From an uncultured Prevotella sp. (lineage in GTDB: Bacteria > Bacteroidota > Bacteroidia > Bacteroidales > Bacteroidaceae): a DNA stretch of 64,000 nucleotides. The notes beneath the pieces are model-generated. The model saw only the letters and a list, made by a program, of their open reading frames with translations. It was not told the origin of the DNA and did not search any database. Of this stretch, positions 60,713-64,000 are shown one piece after another. The stretch lies in the NCBI GenBank assembly GCA_900541335.1, contig UQJC01000004.1:3808-67807 (forward strand). Direction: 5' to 3'. The translations under genes were made by a program, and so were the position numbers. The stretch's first letter is position 1, and each line of letters starts with the position of its first letter.

Positions 60713-61726
60713 CTATTTATAGAAATTCTTCTTGAAGGCTTCAAACTCGCCGCGACCGAGGACACAACGTTCCCACCAGGCACGAACAAAACCCGAACCG
60801 TAGCCCCACAACTGAACGTAGGAGGCTGCGACCGCTAAGATACCTACATACAGGCTCTTTTCTGCACGCGTGGCGTCTGCACAGATAATCAAGGCGAAAA
60901 GCAGGAAGGGCAACAGCAACACCCAGCTATGCGGACATCCCAAACTCCATGCCAAAAGGAAGAGCACAAGGAGCAACGCGCAACCTACAGTAAAGATTGC
61001 CGGCAACAAATGTACCAGCTTCAATGTGCCGGGGTGGCGTTTCATCAAGTTGATGCGAGCGATACCCGAATTGTGTACCTGCTTAAAGAATTTACGCAAA
61101 TCGGTGCGCCGCTTGTGCCACACCCAGGCTTCGGGAAACAGGCGACAACGGTACCCTCCCTTGAAGATGCGGGTGGAGAAATCAATATCTTCACCAAAAC
61201 GCATGGCAGAGAAACCTTCCAAGGCTTGATACACCTCTCGACGGACTCCCATATTAAAGGAACGGGGATAGAACTTATCCATTTTCTTCTTCCCACCGCG
61301 AATACCGCCTGTCGTAAAGAAGGAAGTCATGGCATAGTTGATGGCCTTCTGCATCGGAGTGAAGGAAGCATGCGCCCGGTCGGGACCCCCAAAGGCATCG
61401 GTCGGACGAGCCACGAGGTCGCGCTCGACCGCAGCCACATAGCCTTCAGGCAACACCACATCAGAGTCGAGTATCAACACATACTCTCCCTCCGCGCGAG
61501 CCACACCATAGTTACGCGTCTGTCCTGGACCAGAATTGGCTTTCTGGTAATAACGGACAGCCAAACGGTCCTTATATCGGTCGACCACGTCTTGACAGGG
61601 AATGGACGAACCATCCTCTACAATCACGACTTCAAAGTCGGTACGGGTCTGGTGGGTCAAACTTTCCAGCAATTCGTCGACTTCGTCGGGACGATTGTAT
61701 ACAGGGATTACAAAAGAGAATTTCAT
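60713..61726 (-). CDS. Family 2 glycosyltransferase
   Basis: GT2 N-terminus MKFSFVIPVYNRPDEV…DFEVVIVEDGS…ILDSD (DxD). C-terminal TM helices. Start at the internal Met (the ORF extends to 61954). Confidence 0.8.
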   Translation of the reverse strand: MKFSFVIPVYNRPDEVDELLESLTHQTRTDFEVVIVEDGSSIPCQDVVDRYKDRLAVRYYQKANSGPGQTRNYGVARAEGEYVLILDSDVVLPEGYVAAVERDLVARPTDAFGGPDRAHASFTPMQKAINYAMTSFFTTGGIRGGKKKMDKFYPRSFNMGVRREVYQALEGFSAMRFGEDIDFSTRIFKGGYRCRLFPEAWVWHKRRTDLRKFFKQVHNSGIARINLMKRHPGTLKLVHLLPAIFTVGCALLLVLFLLAWSLGCPHSWVLLLPFLLFALIICADATRAEKSLYVGILAVAASYVQLWGYGSGFVRAWWERCVLGRGEFEAFKKNFYK

Positions 61727-61901
61727 ACGCTTGCAAAAGTAGTAGATGCACCGTGATGCGCAAAACGAAACCACGGATATTCTCCGTTTCATCCAATCTA
61801 CCTGCCCACAAAGGTGCTTTTCGAAACCCCTTCTTTCTGTATTTACTGAAAAAGAAGTACTTTTGCGCCGTAAATCCAAAACATATTCATTAAACATACC
61901 A

Positions 61902-62468
61902 ATGATTAAATCACAAGACATCAAGAAGGGCACCTGCATCCGTTTGGATGGCAAGCTCTACTTCTGCATTGACTTCCTCCACGTAAAGCCCGGTAAGGGT
62001 AACACCATCATGCGTACCACGCTGAAAGATGTTGTAAATGGTCGCGTACTCGAAAAGCGTTTCAACATTGGCGAAGCTCTCGAAGACGTACGTGTAGAAC
62101 GTCGCCCCTACCAGTACCTCTACATGGAAGGCGCGGACTACATCTTCATGAACCAGGAAACGTTCGACCAAGTGCCTATCGGTAAGGACTTGATCACTGG
62201 TGTTGACTACATGAAGGAAGGTGACATCTGCGAAGTAGTAAGCGACGCTTCTACGGAAACGATTCTTTTCGCTGAAATGCCCGTGAAGACTCAATTGCAG
62301 ATTGTTTACACGGAACCGGGCCTCAAGGGTGACACGGCTACCAACGCAACAAAGCCCGCTAAGTTGGAAACGGGTGTTGAAGTTCGTGTGCCTCTCTTCA
62401 TCAACGAAGGCGAAATCATCGAAGTGGATACGCGTGACGGCTCTTACCTCAACCGCGTAAAGGCTTAA
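61902..62468 (+). CDS. efp: Elongation factor P
   Basis: 188 aa from MIKSQDIKKG. The KOW-like N-domain with the conserved KPGKG loop and OB domains are present. Confidence 0.9.
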   Translation: MIKSQDIKKGTCIRLDGKLYFCIDFLHVKPGKGNTIMRTTLKDVVNGRVLEKRFNIGEALEDVRVERRPYQYLYMEGADYIFMNQETFDQVPIGKDLITGVDYMKEGDICEVVSDASTETILFAEMPVKTQLQIVYTEPGLKGDTATNATKPAKLETGVEVRVPLFINEGEIIEVDTRDGSYLNRVKA

Positions 62469-62490
62469 TATAACGATACGCTTAATGAAT

Positions 62491-62529
62491 AAAATCCCCA
62501 TCTGCTCTACGGAGCGGATGGGGATTTTT
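62491..62529 (+). terminator. Rho-independent terminator after efp
   Basis: Stem AAAATCCCCATCTGCTC/GAGCGGATGGGGATTTT (one G·U) followed by a T-rich tract. Confidence 0.7.
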
Positions 62530-62611
62530 ATGTCTTGTGAAAAAGGAAAACGAAAATGGTTGTGCGCTGCAAAATAACTGGCAAGCACACAAGAAACCTG
62601 CTTACCAGGTG

Positions 62612-63350
62612 CGGAATAGCTGTAAAGCTGAATTTTTAGAGGGTTGAACTGTGCGAAACCACGTAAATTCCGCTTTTGCAGCAGTCTGCACTGTGCGAAG
62701 CCACGTAAATTCCGCTTTTGCAGCAGTCCGCACTGTGCGGAACCCTAAAAATTCCGCTTTTGAAACGGTCCGCACTGTGCGAACTCCTAAAAATTCCGCT
62801 TTTGAAACAGTCCGCACTGTGCGAGCCCCTAAAAATTCCGCTTTACAAGGGTTTTTACGTTGCCAACCCCTAAGAAAACCGATTTTGCAACGGCTCGCAC
62901 AGTGCGAACCGCTAAAAATTCCGCTTTGACAACAGTCCGCACGCTGCGAGCCCCTAAAAATTCTGCTTTGACAATAGTCCGCACTATGCGGAACCCTAAA
63001 AATTCCGCTTTTGAAACGGTTCGCACTGTGCGAACTCCTAAAAATTCCGCTTTTGAAACAGTCCGCACTGTTCGAGCCCCTAAAAATTCCGCTTTACAAG
63101 GATCTTCACATTGCCAACCCCTAAGAAAACCGATTTTGCAACGACTCACACAGTGCGAACCGCTAAATATTCTGCTTTGACAACAGTCCGCACGCTGCGG
63201 AACCCTAAAAAATCCGCTTTTATAACAATCCGCATTGTACGGAACACAAAAAAACTCGCTTTTGCGCTGGTTCGCACGGTACGGAGCCTTTCGTTATTCA
63301 CTTTTACGACTGAACGCACCGTGCAAAACACCGCAAAATGCGAGTTTAGA
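62612..63350. repeat. Tandem array C: ~17 x 42-bp direct repeats (consensus CTAAAAATTCCGCTTTTGAAACAGTCCGCACTGTGCGAACTC) with 252-bp (6-unit) higher-order repeat; each unit carries palindrome GTYCGCAC-T-GTGCGRAC
   Basis: Units align by eye across ~740 bp. Units 3-8 (62744-62995) are re-duplicated as units 9-14 (62996-63247). The array decays at both edges. Confidence 0.9.
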
Positions 63351-63487
63351 CTTGAATCGTTTTTAAAGACAGATGTCGATTGAAGGAGAACTGAAGCCCT
63401 ATCCCGACACAAAGCCTCCTCATCGGGTCTTCGCTACAGAATAGAAGTTCTTCGTCCTGCAAGGAGAGGATATAGCCCAACCATCTT

Positions 63488-64000
63488 CTACAACAAGGCA
63501 GGCAACTGGAAGAGTTTCGTTCCGTTAGACCCCTTTATCAAGATGAGCCGTTCGGCGGGTTTTGCTCCACCCGACAGGGCTGTCTTGACGGCTTCCACAT
63601 CGGGAAACCACTGAGCACCTTCACTATAAGGCTGAAATTCTTCACCTACGAACCACACGGCTTCAGCCCCCAAGGAAAGGGCTTGCGCGGCCACCTTTTG
63701 GTGTTCTTCGGCTGAAACGGCCCCCAGTTCGCGCATTTCACCCAAAATCAACATCTTATGCGGATGCGAAATGAGGGCAAAATTGTCAAGTGCCGCCCGC
63801 ATACTGGTCGGATTGGCATTGTAAGCATCGACAATCAACTCGTTGTGAGCCGTACGGAGCAATTCGCTACGATTATTACTTGGCACATAAGCGGCGATAG
63901 CCTGTGCTGCTTGCTCAGGACTTACATCAAAACGCATGCCTACAGCCAGGGCGGCGAGCGCGTTAGTTAAATTGTAGGAGCCTATTAAATGAGTCTGAAC
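63488..64000 (-). CDS. murF: UDP-N-acetylmuramoyl-tripeptide--D-alanyl-D-alanine ligase, C-terminal part (5' end beyond window)
   Basis: The C-terminal Mur-ligase domain motif …LIVDAYNANPTSMRAALDNF… is present. The ORF runs off the window end. Confidence 0.75.
   Translation of the reverse strand, partial: VQTHLIGSYNLTNALAALAVGMRFDVSPEQAAQAIAAYVPSNNRSELLRTAHNELIVDAYNANPTSMRAALDNFALISHPHKMLILGEMRELGAVSAEEHQKVAAQALSLGAEAVWFVGEEFQPYSEGAQWFPDVEAVKTALSGGAKPAERLILIKGSNGTKLFQLPALL

Noticed and set aside
62612-63350. Possible CRISPR array (regular 42-bp periodicity)
   Set aside because: Units are contiguous with no unique spacers. Variation between units is by point substitution and block duplication (252-bp super-repeat). 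No cas genes are in the window. It is a satellite-like tandem repeat, not repeat-spacer.
62602-63412. Six overlapping ORFs of 70-106 aa on both strands inside array C (e.g. NSAFETVRTVRTPK… repeats)
   Set aside because: A period of 42 bp = 14 codons keeps every frame open by construction. The predicted peptides are low-complexity repeats with no start context or homology. The same applies to ORFs 16836..17138/16972..17196 in array A and 38607..38939/38703..38903 in array B.

Overview
This 64-kb window is a mostly housekeeping chromosomal segment from a Bacteroidales-type genome of roughly 50-52% GC. Two T9SS C-terminal sorting domains, the 11-subunit nuoABCDHIJKLMN operon and split CHR and LysO genes point to a Porphyromonas/Prevotella/Tannerella-like organism. 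Recognisable genes include type-II NADH dehydrogenase, an ackA-pta pair, ribBA, pyrH, efp, tex, tadA, yraN, a TolC/HlyD/ABC-2 efflux locus, a NatAB-like ABC transporter and lpxH. There is a large T9SS-secreted metzincin protease convergent with a GH25-MORN muramidase, one tRNA(CAU), and the C-terminal end of murF at the window edge. I found no integrase, transposase, CRISPR array or recognisable defence system. The most unusual feature is three unrelated families of exactly 42-bp tandem repeats in intergenic DNA at about 17.0, 38.7 and 62.6-63.35 kb. Each unit carries internal dyad symmetry, and the largest array has about 17 units with a 252-bp higher-order period. This sopC/iteron-like architecture has no cognate protein I can identify in the window. 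Other points worth a second look are an MmcQ/YjbR-BirA fusion protein, AT-rich inverted repeats inside two intercistronic gaps of the nuo operon, and a terminator-like hairpin in the leader of the T9SS protease gene. All calls come from reading the sequence and six-frame translations. No database searches were run.
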